In this document: positions 27,627 to 37,507 of the stretch, piece by piece
How positions within the stretch are numbered: position 1 is the first letter of the stretch
Layout of the letters: each line of letters starts with the position of its first letter
Source: an uncultured Enterobacteriaceae bacterium
GTDB lineage: Bacteria > Pseudomonadota > Gammaproteobacteria > Burkholderiales > SG8-39
Direction of reading: 5' to 3'
Assembly: GCA_964393745.1 (NCBI GenBank)
Contig: CAYMVA010000054.1
Coordinates: 16,406 to 80,405 of the forward strand
Length of the DNA stretch: 64,000 nt
Position numbers and translations under genes: made by a program
Notes under the pieces: generated by a model
Told to the model about the DNA's origin: nothing
Database searches by the model: none
What the model saw: only the letters and a program-made list of their open reading frames with translations

Positions 27627-28520
27627 ATGAATGACCCCATGACCCAGACGAAGATAGACCAGCGCGTGCTCGACCTGTACGACGAGTATTGCCACGGCCG
27701 CATCGACCGGCGCAAGTTCCTGGGCCGCGCCGCCGCGCTCACCATCGGCGGCGTGTCGGCGCTCGCCATGGCGCAGGCGTTGCTGCCGCGTTACGCCCAG
27801 GCGCAGACGATTTCCTTCACCGACCAGCGGATCAAGGCGCGCTACGTGAGCTATGCGTCGCCCGGCGGCAACTCGGGCAACATGCGCGGCTACCTGGTGC
27901 AGCCTTCGGGCCAGGGGCCGTTCCCGGCGGTGCTGGTGATCCATGAGAACCGCGGGCTCAATCCTTACATCGAGGACGTGGCGCGGCGCGCCGCCGTGGA
28001 TGGGTTCCTCGCCCTTGCGCCCGACGGCTTGTCGCCGGTCGGCGGCTACCCGGGCAACGACGACGACGGCCGCGCACTGCAGGCCGGCCTCGACCAGGGC
28101 AAGTTGCGCACCGACATGCTGAACAGCGCGCGCTTCCTCAAGTCGCACCCGATGTCGAGCGGCAAGCTCGGCGCGACCGGCTTCTGCTCGGGCGGCGGCA
28201 CGACCAATTATTTGGCGGTTGCGCTGGGCGCCGACATGCAGGCGGGCGTGCCGTTCTACGGCCCGGCCGCCGGGACCGACGGCGTGCCGAAAATCAAGGC
28301 GGCGCTGCTCATCCAATATGCCGAGAACGACGAGCGCATCAACTCGATGTGGCCGGCGTTCGAGGCGGCATTGAAAGCGAACGGCGTCCCGCACCAGATG
28401 CACATGTACCCCGGCACCCAGCACGGCTTCCACAACAACTCCACACCGCGCTACAACGAGGCGGCGGCCAAGCTCTCGTGGGAGCGCAGCATCGCGTTCT
28501 TCAAACAGCACCTCGCCTAA
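27627..28520 (+). CDS. Dienelactone hydrolase family protein (YghX-like)
   Basis: DLYDEYCHGRIDRRKFL, IHENRGLNP, GFC-S-GG nucleophile elbow and HGFHNNSTPRY motifs. Confidence 0.88.
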   Translation: MNDPMTQTKIDQRVLDLYDEYCHGRIDRRKFLGRAAALTIGGVSALAMAQALLPRYAQAQTISFTDQRIKARYVSYASPGGNSGNMRGYLVQPSGQGPFPAVLVIHENRGLNPYIEDVARRAAVDGFLALAPDGLSPVGGYPGNDDDGRALQAGLDQGKLRTDMLNSARFLKSHPMSSGKLGATGFCSGGGTTNYLAVALGADMQAGVPFYGPAAGTDGVPKIKAALLIQYAENDERINSMWPAFEAALKANGVPHQMHMYPGTQHGFHNNSTPRYNEAAAKLSWERSIAFFKQHLA

Positions 28521-28523
28521 ATC

Positions 28524-28590
28524 GGGGACAGACCCCGATTATTCTGCCTAAGTAACAGATAGTTAAGCGAGAAAATCGGGGTCTGTCCCC
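28524..28590. repeat. Family B inverted doublet, 67 bp, filling the gap between convergent genes
   Basis: GGGGACAGACCCC at 28524..28536 and GGGGTCTGTCCCC at 28578..28590; abuts both stop codons. Confidence 0.88.
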
Positions 28591-28593
28591 GGT

Positions 28594-29229
28594 TTACTCC
28601 AGCAGGTCGTCGAGCGCGCCCTTGAGGTGCGCGCAGTCGGCCCACGCCAGCACGCGCCACTCGCCGCCCTCGATCACGATGCGATTAATGCCCGCGTTGG
28701 GAATGCGGAAGTCGCGCTGCGAGCCGAGCAGCCGGCCGGTGGCGCGGCGGAACAGCTTGTCGAGCACGCCGCCATGGGTGAAAACAAGAACGTTCTCTCC
28801 CGCATGACGCTCGGCAAGCTCCGCGATGCAGTGCAGCGAACGCTCGGCGAAGGCGCGCAGGCTCTCGCCGGTGCGAAAGTCGAACTCCGGCTCGCGCGCG
28901 AGGAACCTGGCGAATTCCTCCGGGTAGCGCGTCTCGCACTCGGCGTAGGTCAGCGTCTCGAAGACGCCGTAATGACGCTCCCGCAAGCGCTCGTCCAGCG
29001 CCACCTCGAGCCGCAGCGCCTGCGCCGCGGGTGCCGCGGTCCGATGAGCGCGTGACAAGTCGCTCGAATAGATGGCGCTGAAACGTTCGCTTGCGAGCGC
29101 CGCGCCGACCGCCTGCGCCTGGGCAAGGCCGATCAGGTTCAACGGGATGTCGAGCTGGCCCTGCACGCGCCGTTCGGCGTTCCAGGCGGTCTCGCCATGC
29201 CGCACGATGCACAGATTGGTCGCAACCAT
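28594..29229 (-). CDS. Histidine phosphatase (phosphoglycerate mutase-like)
   Basis: RHGETAWN, SSDLSRA, LRERHYG and THGG motifs. Confidence 0.88.
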   Translation of the reverse strand: MVATNLCIVRHGETAWNAERRVQGQLDIPLNLIGLAQAQAVGAALASERFSAIYSSDLSRAHRTAAPAAQALRLEVALDERLRERHYGVFETLTYAECETRYPEEFARFLAREPEFDFRTGESLRAFAERSLHCIAELAERHAGENVLVFTHGGVLDKLFRRATGRLLGSQRDFRIPNAGINRIVIEGGEWRVLAWADCAHLKGALDDLLE

Positions 29230-30125
29230 CAGCGCTTCCCGGCGCCGAGCGCCATGATGGCGCCGACCACGACGAAGGCGCCGAGGATCTGCAGCGGCGC
29301 GACACTCTGGCCCAGCACCACCCAAGCGAGCGCGAGCACCGCAATCGGCTCGAAGTTAAGCACCATGGCGTTGTTCACCGCGCCCAGCCGCGGCAGCAGC
29401 ACGAACAGCGACGTGATCGCGGCACCGTAGAACACGGTGAGCAGCGCGAGCGCCGCCCAACCGGTGCCAGAGGCGGGCAGCACAAAGTCGCGCGCCAGGC
29501 CGCCGAGCGCGAGGGTCACCACCGCGGTGACGCTCAGGGTCCAGAAGGTGCGCAAGCGCCCGTCCATGTTCTTCATCCAATGGCCAATGTAAAACAGCGA
29601 CGCGGCAAACGACACCGCGGCGCCGGTCGCCCAGCCGACGCCGGCGCCGATCTCCGCCCAGCGGCCCGCGATGTCGCCGCCCTTTCCCCACACATCGAGC
29701 GCGAGCGACAGGCCGACGAGCGCAACCGGCATCGCCACGATGGCGCGCGGCGCCGGACGCTCGCCGCCCGCGGCCCACGACATGAGCGCGAGCAGCATCG
29801 GGAAGGTGTTGAAGGCGAGCAGCGCGAGCGCCACCGGAATCAGTGCCACCGCGGAGTAGATGCAATAGCTCTGCACCGCAAGCAGCACCCCGATCACCAC
29901 CGCGCGGCCGCGCGTGGCGCGCTCCAGGCGCAGCGGCACCCGCGCGGCGAGCAGCAGCACCAGCACGAACAGCGCCGTCCCGGCCGAACGCATCGCCACC
30001 GCGGTGGTGACGTTGGCGCCGTGCTCGAAGGCGACGCGCGCGGCGATGTGGTTGGAGCCGAAGGTGGTCGCGATGACGAGCAGCAGGGCGATCCCGACCC
30101 AGCGGGGAATGCGCTTCTCGGGCAT
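29229..30125 (-). CDS. EamA/DMT-family transporter
   Basis: About 10 TM segments in two repeats; LNFEPI motif. Confidence 0.85.
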   Translation of the reverse strand: MPEKRIPRWVGIALLLVIATTFGSNHIAARVAFEHGANVTTAVAMRSAGTALFVLVLLLAARVPLRLERATRGRAVVIGVLLAVQSYCIYSAVALIPVALALLAFNTFPMLLALMSWAAGGERPAPRAIVAMPVALVGLSLALDVWGKGGDIAGRWAEIGAGVGWATGAAVSFAASLFYIGHWMKNMDGRLRTFWTLSVTAVVTLALGGLARDFVLPASGTGWAALALLTVFYGAAITSLFVLLPRLGAVNNAMVLNFEPIAVLALAWVVLGQSVAPLQILGAFVVVGAIMALGAGKR

Positions 30126-30127
30126 CG

Positions 30128-31105
30128 CTATTGGAGCGCTTCCGAATTGAGCACGCGGATCGGCTTGCCGTCCAGCCAGGCCTCTACGTTCTCGAGCGCG
30201 TCGCCCCAGAACACCCGGTAGACGTCCTCGCTCACGTAGCCGAGGTGCGGCGACAGCGTCACATTGTCCATCGAACGCAGCGGGTGGTCGGCGGGCAGCG
30301 GCTCGCGCTCGTAGACATCGAGCGCTGCGTGCGCCAGGCGCCCGCTCTTCAGCGCAGCGATGAGCGCTGCCTCGTCCACGATCGGGCCGCGCGAAGTGTT
30401 GACGAGCACCGCGCCGGGCTTCATGCGCGCGAGCTCCGCCGCGCCGACCAGGCCCTTGGTACGCTCCGAGAGCACCAGGTGAATGGAGACGAAATCTGAG
30501 CTTGCGAGGAGCTCGTCCTTGCTCAGGTACTTCGCGCCCGCCTCGGCGGCGCGCTCAGGTGTCAGGTTCTGGCTCCACGCGACGACCTCCATGCCGAACG
30601 CCTTGGCATAGCCCGCGACCCGCGCGCCGAGCTTGCCCAGGCCGAGCACGCCCAAGCGCTTGCCTTCGAGCACCGTGCCGCCGCGCAGCCCCTCGTGCCA
30701 GCGCCCGGAGCGCATGTTGCGCTCCGCCTTGGCGAAATCGCGCGCCGCGGCGAGCATCATCAGGAAACAGAACTCGGCAGTGACCGCGCTGGTCGAGCCG
30801 CCGCGCGTGTTGCACACTGGGATGCGCCGTTCGCTGCAGGCGCGATGGTCAAGGCTGCCGGCGCGCAGGCCGGTGAGCGCCATCAGCTTCAGCTTCGGCA
30901 GCCGCTCGATGAGCGCGCGCGGGAAAGCCGTGCGCTCGCGCATCAGCACCAGGATCTCGAACGCCGAGAGCTTGGCCGCGGCGTCCTCCACCGAGGCGAA
31001 CGCTTCGTGAAACACGGTCACCTCGACACCGCGCCGCCGCAGCCGCTCCCAGTCGGCCGAAGCGAGCGCGAGACGCTGGTAATCGTCGAGGATCGCCAGC
31101 TTCAA
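30128..31105 (-). CDS. D-2-hydroxyacid dehydrogenase family
   Basis: MRERT, GVLGLGKLG, VNTSRG, DVYEREP and PHLGY motifs. Confidence 0.9.
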   Translation of the reverse strand: MKLAILDDYQRLALASADWERLRRRGVEVTVFHEAFASVEDAAAKLSAFEILVLMRERTAFPRALIERLPKLKLMALTGLRAGSLDHRACSERRIPVCNTRGGSTSAVTAEFCFLMMLAAARDFAKAERNMRSGRWHEGLRGGTVLEGKRLGVLGLGKLGARVAGYAKAFGMEVVAWSQNLTPERAAEAGAKYLSKDELLASSDFVSIHLVLSERTKGLVGAAELARMKPGAVLVNTSRGPIVDEAALIAALKSGRLAHAALDVYEREPLPADHPLRSMDNVTLSPHLGYVSEDVYRVFWGDALENVEAWLDGKPIRVLNSEALQ

Positions 31106-31106
31106 T

Positions 31107-32093
31107 TCAGTCCACTTTGACGTTGTTGTCCCTGACCACCTTGCCCCAGCGCTCCATCTCCGTCAGCAGCCATTTCTGCAGCCCATCGGGGGAGCTGACG
31201 ACGAGATCCATGCCGAGCGTATCGCCGAGCGTTTTCCTGACGTCGGGCAGGCTGAAAACTTTCACCAGCTCGGCGTGGAACCTGTCGAGGATCGGCTTGG
31301 GCGTGCCGGCGGGAGCGAAAATGCCCCACCAGGCGTACGCGGTCAGGCCCGGGAATCCCTGCTCGATGAGCGTCGGCACGTCGGGTAGCTGGGGCGTGCG
31401 CTGCTCGCCAGCCACGGCCACGGCGCGCATCTTGCCGCCGCGGACCTGCGGCGCGAGCAGCGCCGCCGACCCGATGCCCAGCTCAATCTGGCCGCCGAGG
31501 ATGTCCGTCGACATCGGCCCGCCGCCCTTGTAGGGCACGTGCGTCACCTGGAAGCCGCCGCTCTGCTGCGCCAGCACCAGCACCAGGTGGCCGAGCGTGC
31601 CGTTGCCGATCGAGCCGATGCTCACCGAGTTCGGCTTGGCTTTCGAAGCGCTCACCACTTCGGCGAAGCTCTTCCACGGCTTGCCCGCCTGCGTCGCGAT
31701 CGCATAGGGCGCGGTGCCGACCAGCCTGACTGGCGCAAAGTCGCGCACGGTGTCGAACGGCAAGTTCGCGACCAGCGCCGGATTGATCGCGTGCGAATCG
31801 AACACGAACACGAAGGTGTAGCCGTCGGCAGGCGATTTCGCCGCCGCAGCCGTGCCGATCGTGCCGCCGGCGCCGGCCCTGTTCTCGACGATGAACTGCT
31901 GCTTGAGCGCGTCGCCGAGCTTGGCGCCGGCCAGGCGCGCGAGCGGATCCACGGTGCCGCCGGGCGGGAACGGCACGATGAACTTGACCGGCTTCGAGGG
32001 CCAGTCCTGCGCCGCCGCGGGGAACGCGGCGAGCGCACAGAGCAGCGCGAGCGCTACGCTGGCATGCGTGCGCAATGCATTGGAAAAACGCAT
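31107..32093 (-). CDS. TctC/Bug substrate-binding protein
   Basis: WPSKPVKFIVPFPPGG and ENRAGAGGTIG motifs; GGAGG RBS. Confidence 0.9.
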   Translation of the reverse strand: MRFSNALRTHASVALALLCALAAFPAAAQDWPSKPVKFIVPFPPGGTVDPLARLAGAKLGDALKQQFIVENRAGAGGTIGTAAAAKSPADGYTFVFVFDSHAINPALVANLPFDTVRDFAPVRLVGTAPYAIATQAGKPWKSFAEVVSASKAKPNSVSIGSIGNGTLGHLVLVLAQQSGGFQVTHVPYKGGGPMSTDILGGQIELGIGSAALLAPQVRGGKMRAVAVAGEQRTPQLPDVPTLIEQGFPGLTAYAWWGIFAPAGTPKPILDRFHAELVKVFSLPDVRKTLGDTLGMDLVVSSPDGLQKWLLTEMERWGKVVRDNNVKVD

Positions 32094-32142
32094 GATTTCC
32101 CTCCTCCGTAAAGCTAAAAAAAACCTGCCGAAGGTTACCATC

Positions 32143-34200
32143 TCACTTCGGCGAGCGCCGCGCCCGCGCCGCAGCCGGCGACTCGGGCTTCACCGCCAGC
32201 GCCGCCTTGCGATCGACCGGAAACGGATCTTTCGCATCGGGCGGCGGCATCACCGCCGCCGGGTAGTACGCGATCGTGTGCTCGGCCGGCGGCTTCGCTG
32301 CCTTGTCCAGCGAAAGGCCGCGGCGGTTGGTGCCGCGCGGCGGCACGATTTTTCCGTCCACGATCTCCAGATCGGTCCACCAGGTTTTCGCCTGGTTGAT
32401 CGAGCCGTTTCCAATGGCGTCGTCCAGCCGCACGATCCAGCGGCGCGCGAACGGCAAGTGGATCGCCGCCCACAGGAACGCGCGGTGCGCGAGCAGCCCC
32501 TCGTGGTTGTACGGGCAGGTCTTCATGCAGCGCCCGCAGGCCGAGCCATGCGGATTGGTGACGCGGTAGCGCGTGCAGCGCTCGACGTCGGGCTTCCACA
32601 TCTCGTAGCCGTTGAACATCACCTTGGCGCCGAAGCTGATCGCGCTGCACGGGCACTCGCGCGCGCATTTCATGCACTTCGAGCACGTGTCCTGCAAACC
32701 GAAGTCGATCGGCTGGTCCCAGGCGAGCGGCAGGTCGGTGGTGATCACCGCGCTCTTGAAGCGCGGCCCTACGAACGGGTTCAGCACCAGCTCGCCGATG
32801 CGCGAGAGTTCCCCGAGCCCCGCGAGCAGCACCAGCGGCAGTTGCAGCACGTCGGAGTCGGCGTTGGTCTGCGAGCGCGCGCCCCAGCCGAGGCTGCGGA
32901 TGAACGCCGCCACCACGCCGCAGATTTCGCCGCCGCGCATGTAGGCGCGCATCGATTGCGCACCCGAGATCCAGTCGTCCCCGGAGGCACCCTCCATGGT
33001 CTCGAAGCCCTGGTCCACCAGCATCACCACGGCGCTCTTGTGATACGGATCGATCGGACGGCCGTCGTCGTGGTGCGAGTACCAGACGTAGCGCTTGGCT
33101 TCGCAGGCGCCGGTCATGTCGGTGCCGAGGTAGTACATGAGCGATTTGATGGCGCGCGCGTTGGCCACCGGATCGCCGGTGCGCGCATCGCGCTCGGCGG
33201 CGGGCTCGCCACCCTGCTTCGGCACCATGGCGCGGATCAGCTTCACGTAGGCATCCGCGATCGGCGTCTTGTAGGCAAACCTCCAGCGCTCGCGCTGCGC
33301 CTTCTCGCCCAGGTCGCCGTTCAGCGCGCGGGTGAAGAAATTCGCGCGCTTGGGCACGCGCGGCACCTCGTCCTCCAGGATCAGCGTGGTGGTTTCCGCG
33401 ACGCGGCGGATTTTCTCCATCGGGAAGCGACTGCCGTCCGAGGGACGCCTCGATGCCAGCCAGCGCTCCCACCAGGTGTCGGTGCCGCCCGCCCCGAGCC
33501 ACCATCCGAGCCCGCCATCGAACGCGCCGCCCGATGCGAGCGGCGCATCCGCCGCCAGCGGCGCGGAGGTGGTGACGATGCACGAGGCGAAGCGCCTGCC
33601 GATGAACGGCGCCACCGCGGCGCCGTCCTGCCAGCGCGCCAGCCCTGCGGCAAGCAGGATTTTCGCGTGCGAGACATCGGTGCAATCGCGCGTGTGCGCG
33701 GTGGCGCCAAACCCGAGCCGGCGCAGGAACGAAGCCGAGATCATCGCGATCTCCGCGGCGCGCAGCAGCGCGCAGTCGTACTCGCTGCCGCGCACCCACT
33801 CGGCGGCGAGATTGCCGGGTTCCGGGTCGCGCCCGAACTCGACCAATATTGCGAGCGCGTAGCGCTCGCCCTCGAGCGGCGCGCCAAGCCACGCTTGCGA
33901 CGGCACCTCACAGCAGGCGGCGAGCGTCGCATTGAGGAAATAGCAATTTGCCTTCAATTCATTTGCCAGGCGCTGCGGGTCCGAGGGGTACGGCGCGCGC
34001 TCCGGCGCTGGCGGCTCGAAGCGGAACTGCTCGAATATCCCGACATATTCGTTGACGATGCGGCCAAGGCCAGTATCGCTTCTGCCAGGAAATGCATCAT
34101 GCACGGCAGCGAGATCGGGCAACGCGGTCGCGCGCGCCACGCGCTCAAGCGGCAGCGGCCCGAGATGCACCGGGCGATTTCGATTAGAGAGGATTCGCAT
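32143..34200 (-). CDS. rdhA: Catabolic-type cobalamin/2x[4Fe-4S] reductive dehalogenase (NpRdhA/BhbA-like)
   Basis: N-terminus RNRPVHLGPLPLE; AGLGELSRIG..LNPFVGPRFKS; CSKCMKCARECP; CTRYR...CGRCMKTCP; 685 aa; no Tat signal and no rdhB. Confidence 0.82.
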   Translation of the reverse strand: MRILSNRNRPVHLGPLPLERVARATALPDLAAVHDAFPGRSDTGLGRIVNEYVGIFEQFRFEPPAPERAPYPSDPQRLANELKANCYFLNATLAACCEVPSQAWLGAPLEGERYALAILVEFGRDPEPGNLAAEWVRGSEYDCALLRAAEIAMISASFLRRLGFGATAHTRDCTDVSHAKILLAAGLARWQDGAAVAPFIGRRFASCIVTTSAPLAADAPLASGGAFDGGLGWWLGAGGTDTWWERWLASRRPSDGSRFPMEKIRRVAETTTLILEDEVPRVPKRANFFTRALNGDLGEKAQRERWRFAYKTPIADAYVKLIRAMVPKQGGEPAAERDARTGDPVANARAIKSLMYYLGTDMTGACEAKRYVWYSHHDDGRPIDPYHKSAVVMLVDQGFETMEGASGDDWISGAQSMRAYMRGGEICGVVAAFIRSLGWGARSQTNADSDVLQLPLVLLAGLGELSRIGELVLNPFVGPRFKSAVITTDLPLAWDQPIDFGLQDTCSKCMKCARECPCSAISFGAKVMFNGYEMWKPDVERCTRYRVTNPHGSACGRCMKTCPYNHEGLLAHRAFLWAAIHLPFARRWIVRLDDAIGNGSINQAKTWWTDLEIVDGKIVPPRGTNRRGLSLDKAAKPPAEHTIAYYPAAVMPPPDAKDPFPVDRKAALAVKPESPAAARARRSPK

Positions 34201-34251
34201 CGACGTTTCGCCGCTATCATACCGACCGGCCTGAATACGAGGGAGCAAGCG

Positions 34252-35016
34252 ATGAAGCCATTCGATCTGAGCGGAAAAGTGGCAGTGGTCACCGGCGGCA
34301 ACGGCGGCATCGGCCTGGGCATGGCGAGGGGTCTCGCGCGCGCCGGCGCGAGCGTGGTCATCGCCGGCCGGCAGGAGGCGAAGAACGAGGCCGCGGTGAA
34401 GGAGCTCACGGCGCTGGGCGCGAAAACGGTCGCCATCCGCACCGACGTGCGCAGCGACACCTCGTGCCGCTCGCTGATGCGCGATGCGGTGGACCGCTAC
34501 GGGCGGCTCGACATCCTGGTGAACAACGCCGGCACCAACATCCGCAAGCAGCCGCAGGACTACACCATGGACGAATGGCAGCTGGTGATCGAGACCAACC
34601 TGACCAGCGCTTTCGTCTGCTCGCAGGCCGCCTACCCGCACATGGTGCGAGCCGGCGGCGGCAAGATCATCAACATCGGCTCCATGATGTCGATCTTCGG
34701 CGCTTCCTTCACCGCGCCCTACGCCGCCTCCAAGGGCGGCATCGTGCAGATGGCACGCGCCATGGCCTGCGCCTGGGCGAAGGACAACATCCAGGTGAAC
34801 TCGGTGCTGCCGGGCTGGATCGACACCGACCTGACCAAGCGCGCACGCCAGGACGTGGCCGGCTTGCACGAGCGCGTGCTCACGCGCACGCCCGCCGGGC
34901 GCTGGGGCGTGCCGGACGACTTCGGCGGCATCGCGGTATTCCTCGCCAGCGCCGCCTCCGACTTCCTCACCGGCACCGCGATTCCCGTGGACGGCGGCTA
35001 CTCAGTCCAGGGCTAG
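34252..35016 (+). CDS. SDR oxidoreductase (KduD/gluconate-5-dehydrogenase-like)
   Basis: TGGNGGIG, NNAG and YAASK motifs; start 34252 (the long upstream ORF extension is shadow). Confidence 0.88.
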   Translation: MKPFDLSGKVAVVTGGNGGIGLGMARGLARAGASVVIAGRQEAKNEAAVKELTALGAKTVAIRTDVRSDTSCRSLMRDAVDRYGRLDILVNNAGTNIRKQPQDYTMDEWQLVIETNLTSAFVCSQAAYPHMVRAGGGKIINIGSMMSIFGASFTAPYAASKGGIVQMARAMACAWAKDNIQVNSVLPGWIDTDLTKRARQDVAGLHERVLTRTPAGRWGVPDDFGGIAVFLASAASDFLTGTAIPVDGGYSVQG

Positions 35017-35493
35017 CTCCCAGTACTCGCCCACGAGCGGCTTGCCGAAACTCGCGTGCCGCGACATGCGCACGCGACGAAAACCGACGCGCTGGTAGAT
35101 GCGGCGCGCGGCATCCAGCTCGCTCTGCGTCCATAGCACCACCTTGCGGTAGCCCTTGGCGCGCGCAAAGCGCAGGCAGGCATTGACCAGCCGCCTGCCT
35201 AGGCCCAGCCCGCGCACATCGGGCGTGACCAGGAGCAGGCGCAACTTGGCGACGCTGCGCGACTGGCGCACCAGGAACACCGAGCCGACGTTCCGCGTGC
35301 CTCGCCGCGCGATCCAGCAGCGCTCGAACCGGGGGTCGAACCCGCGCATGAATTTCGCGATGATCCCGGCGACCAGCGCCTCGAAGCGCGCGTCGTAGCC
35401 GAATTCGGCGCCGTAGAGCGCGCCGTGGCTTTGCACCACCCAGCCCATGTCGCCGGGCCGGGGCGCCCGCAACCGGATGCGCGTCCGCTTCAT
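35002..35493 (-). CDS. GNAT N-acetyltransferase
   Basis: GDMGWVVQSHG, AKLRLLLV.P..RGLGLG and AARRIY motifs. Confidence 0.82.
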   Translation of the reverse strand: MKRTRIRLRAPRPGDMGWVVQSHGALYGAEFGYDARFEALVAGIIAKFMRGFDPRFERCWIARRGTRNVGSVFLVRQSRSVAKLRLLLVTPDVRGLGLGRRLVNACLRFARAKGYRKVVLWTQSELDAARRIYQRVGFRRVRMSRHASFGKPLVGEYWELALD

Positions 35494-35576
35494 GCATGCG
35501 ATCTTACCGGCCAAATTCGCCGAAGGGTGCCGTAGAATTCCCCGCGCGCAAAGCGCATCGACCTGGAGCCCAAATC

Positions 35577-36371
35577 ATGAGCGACGTCCTCATCGAACGC
35601 GCCGACGGCATCGTCACCGCGACCCTCAACCGCCCGCAGGCGCGCAACGCGCTCTCCGACGAGATGGTCCGCACCCTCGACGAGGCGTTCACCGCGGGCG
35701 AGCGCGATCCAGCGGTGCGCGCCTACGTGATCCGGGGCGCGGGCGATCATTTCATGGCGGGCGGCGACGTGAAGAAGTTCTACGCCAACCGCTCCAAGCC
35801 GCCCGAGCAGCGCCGCGCCGAGATCGAGCGCGGCGTGCACCAGCTGCACTTGCTGGTTTACAAGATGCGGCGCGCGCCGCAGCCGGTCGTGGCGTCGATC
35901 CGCGGCGGCGTCGCCGGCTTCGGCATGAGCCTGATGATGGCCTGCGATCTCGCGATCGCCGCCGAGGACGCGTTCTTCACCCTCGCCTATTGCCACATCG
36001 GGCTCTCGCCCGACGGCTCATCGACCTGGTCGCTGCCGCGCATCGTCGGCACACGCAAGGCCATGGAGCTGGCGCTGCTCGGCGAACGCTTCCCGGCTGC
36101 GGAGGCGCTGCGCCTGGGACTGATCAACAAGGTGGTCTCGGTCGCCGCACTGGGCGAAGAGACGGCGAAACTCGCCAAGCGCCTCGCTTCGGGCCCGGGC
36201 CGCGCCTACGCGCACACCAAGCGGCTGCTCAATGCGTCGATCGGCAACACGCTCGAGTCGCAGCTGCAGATGGAAGGCGTCGCGGTCGCCGACTGCATGA
36301 CCTCGGAAGACCTGAACGAAGGCGTCACCGCGTTCGTGGAAAAACGATCGCCGCGCTTTACCGGCCGCTAG
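35577..36371 (+). CDS. Enoyl-CoA hydratase/isomerase
   Basis: LNRPQARNAL, FMAGGD, GGVAGFG, GLSPDG and EGVTAFVEKR motifs. Confidence 0.9.
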   Translation: MSDVLIERADGIVTATLNRPQARNALSDEMVRTLDEAFTAGERDPAVRAYVIRGAGDHFMAGGDVKKFYANRSKPPEQRRAEIERGVHQLHLLVYKMRRAPQPVVASIRGGVAGFGMSLMMACDLAIAAEDAFFTLAYCHIGLSPDGSSTWSLPRIVGTRKAMELALLGERFPAAEALRLGLINKVVSVAALGEETAKLAKRLASGPGRAYAHTKRLLNASIGNTLESQLQMEGVAVADCMTSEDLNEGVTAFVEKRSPRFTGR

Positions 36372-36399
36372 AACCTGCTCGATGACGAAAGGAGGCGCC

Positions 36400-37497
36400 A
36401 TGAACCGCACTTTCCGCTTCACCCCGTTCACCCTCGCAATCGCTGCCTGCTTCACTGCAATGACGTCGCAGGCGCACGAACCCGGAAGAATCCTTGGGCA
36501 ATCGCAGAAGCACACCCCGGCGCCGCCGTGGGCGGCCGGCGATGAGCGCGGCATGGCGAATGCGCTCGGCCACGGCACCTGGATGCGCTGCGCCTGGCAC
36601 CTGTCGCAGACCAAGGCCAGGGCCTACGAGGTGTCGCACCCGCGCTCGAACAGCATGCCGCTGTCGCCCTTCACCGGGCCATACGTGGTGAAACCGAAAC
36701 CCATTTCGGGCATTCCGGGCACCGCGCATGGCTTCAACAGCGAGACGCTCAACGAAGGCGCCGAACCCGGCCAGCAGGGCACGCAGATGGACGCGATCGG
36801 CCACTTCGCGTACTTCAAGCAACCCTGGGATGGCAAGCCGCCATTTCCTGCCGAAAACGCGCTCTATTACGGCGGCTTCACGCAGAAGGAAGTGAAGCCC
36901 ACGCCCGAGTCGCCGCTCTTGAAGCTCGGCATGGAGAAGATCCCGCCGATCGTCACCAGCGCGGTGCTGCTCGATGCCAAGGCGCTGGTCGGCGGCGGCA
37001 AGGCGATGAACGCGGGCGAGCTGGTGACGGCGAAACATCTCCAGGCGATGCTCGATGCGCAGGGCATCGCCAAGCGCGGCATCCTGCCGGGCGACGTGGT
37101 GTTCGTGCACACCGGCTGGGGCGAGCGCTGGAAGGATCCCGACACCGACAAGGTCTACTACTCGATGGCGCCGGGGCTTTCGTACGACGCGGCGCAATAT
37201 CTGGCGCAGAAGCGCATCGTCGCGATCGGGCTCGACACGCCGTTCATCGATCCGGCGGCCGAAGGCGCGCTCGCCGGCAAAGCGGGCCCCGCGCCCGGAA
37301 CGCCGCCCGGGCTGCCGTTCGCGGTGCACCACCACATGCTCACGCAAGCCGGCATCCACCACATCGAGAACGCCAAGCTCGACGAAATGGCGCGCGACAA
37401 GGTCTGGACCTCGTGCGCCATGATCCTGCCGCTGCTGGAGAAAGGCGCCGCTGGCTCGGCGGTGCGCCCCGTGGCGATCGGCGTGCCGGGAAGATGA
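36400..37497 (+). CDS. Secreted cyclase/kynurenine-formamidase-like metal hydrolase
   Basis: GGAGG RBS; signal peptide; QGTQMDAIGH, GDVVFVHTGW, IGLDT and H..ENA motifs. Confidence 0.78.
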   Translation: MNRTFRFTPFTLAIAACFTAMTSQAHEPGRILGQSQKHTPAPPWAAGDERGMANALGHGTWMRCAWHLSQTKARAYEVSHPRSNSMPLSPFTGPYVVKPKPISGIPGTAHGFNSETLNEGAEPGQQGTQMDAIGHFAYFKQPWDGKPPFPAENALYYGGFTQKEVKPTPESPLLKLGMEKIPPIVTSAVLLDAKALVGGGKAMNAGELVTAKHLQAMLDAQGIAKRGILPGDVVFVHTGWGERWKDPDTDKVYYSMAPGLSYDAAQYLAQKRIVAIGLDTPFIDPAAEGALAGKAGPAPGTPPGLPFAVHHHMLTQAGIHHIENAKLDEMARDKVWTSCAMILPLLEKGAAGSAVRPVAIGVPGR

Positions 37498-37507
37498 GCG
37501 GCCGAAC

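Noticed and set aside
31852-35016. 1054-aa plus-strand ORF
   Set aside because: Only the last 254 aa (from 34252) are an SDR; the rest is the antisense shadow of rdhA and tctC in high-GC DNA.
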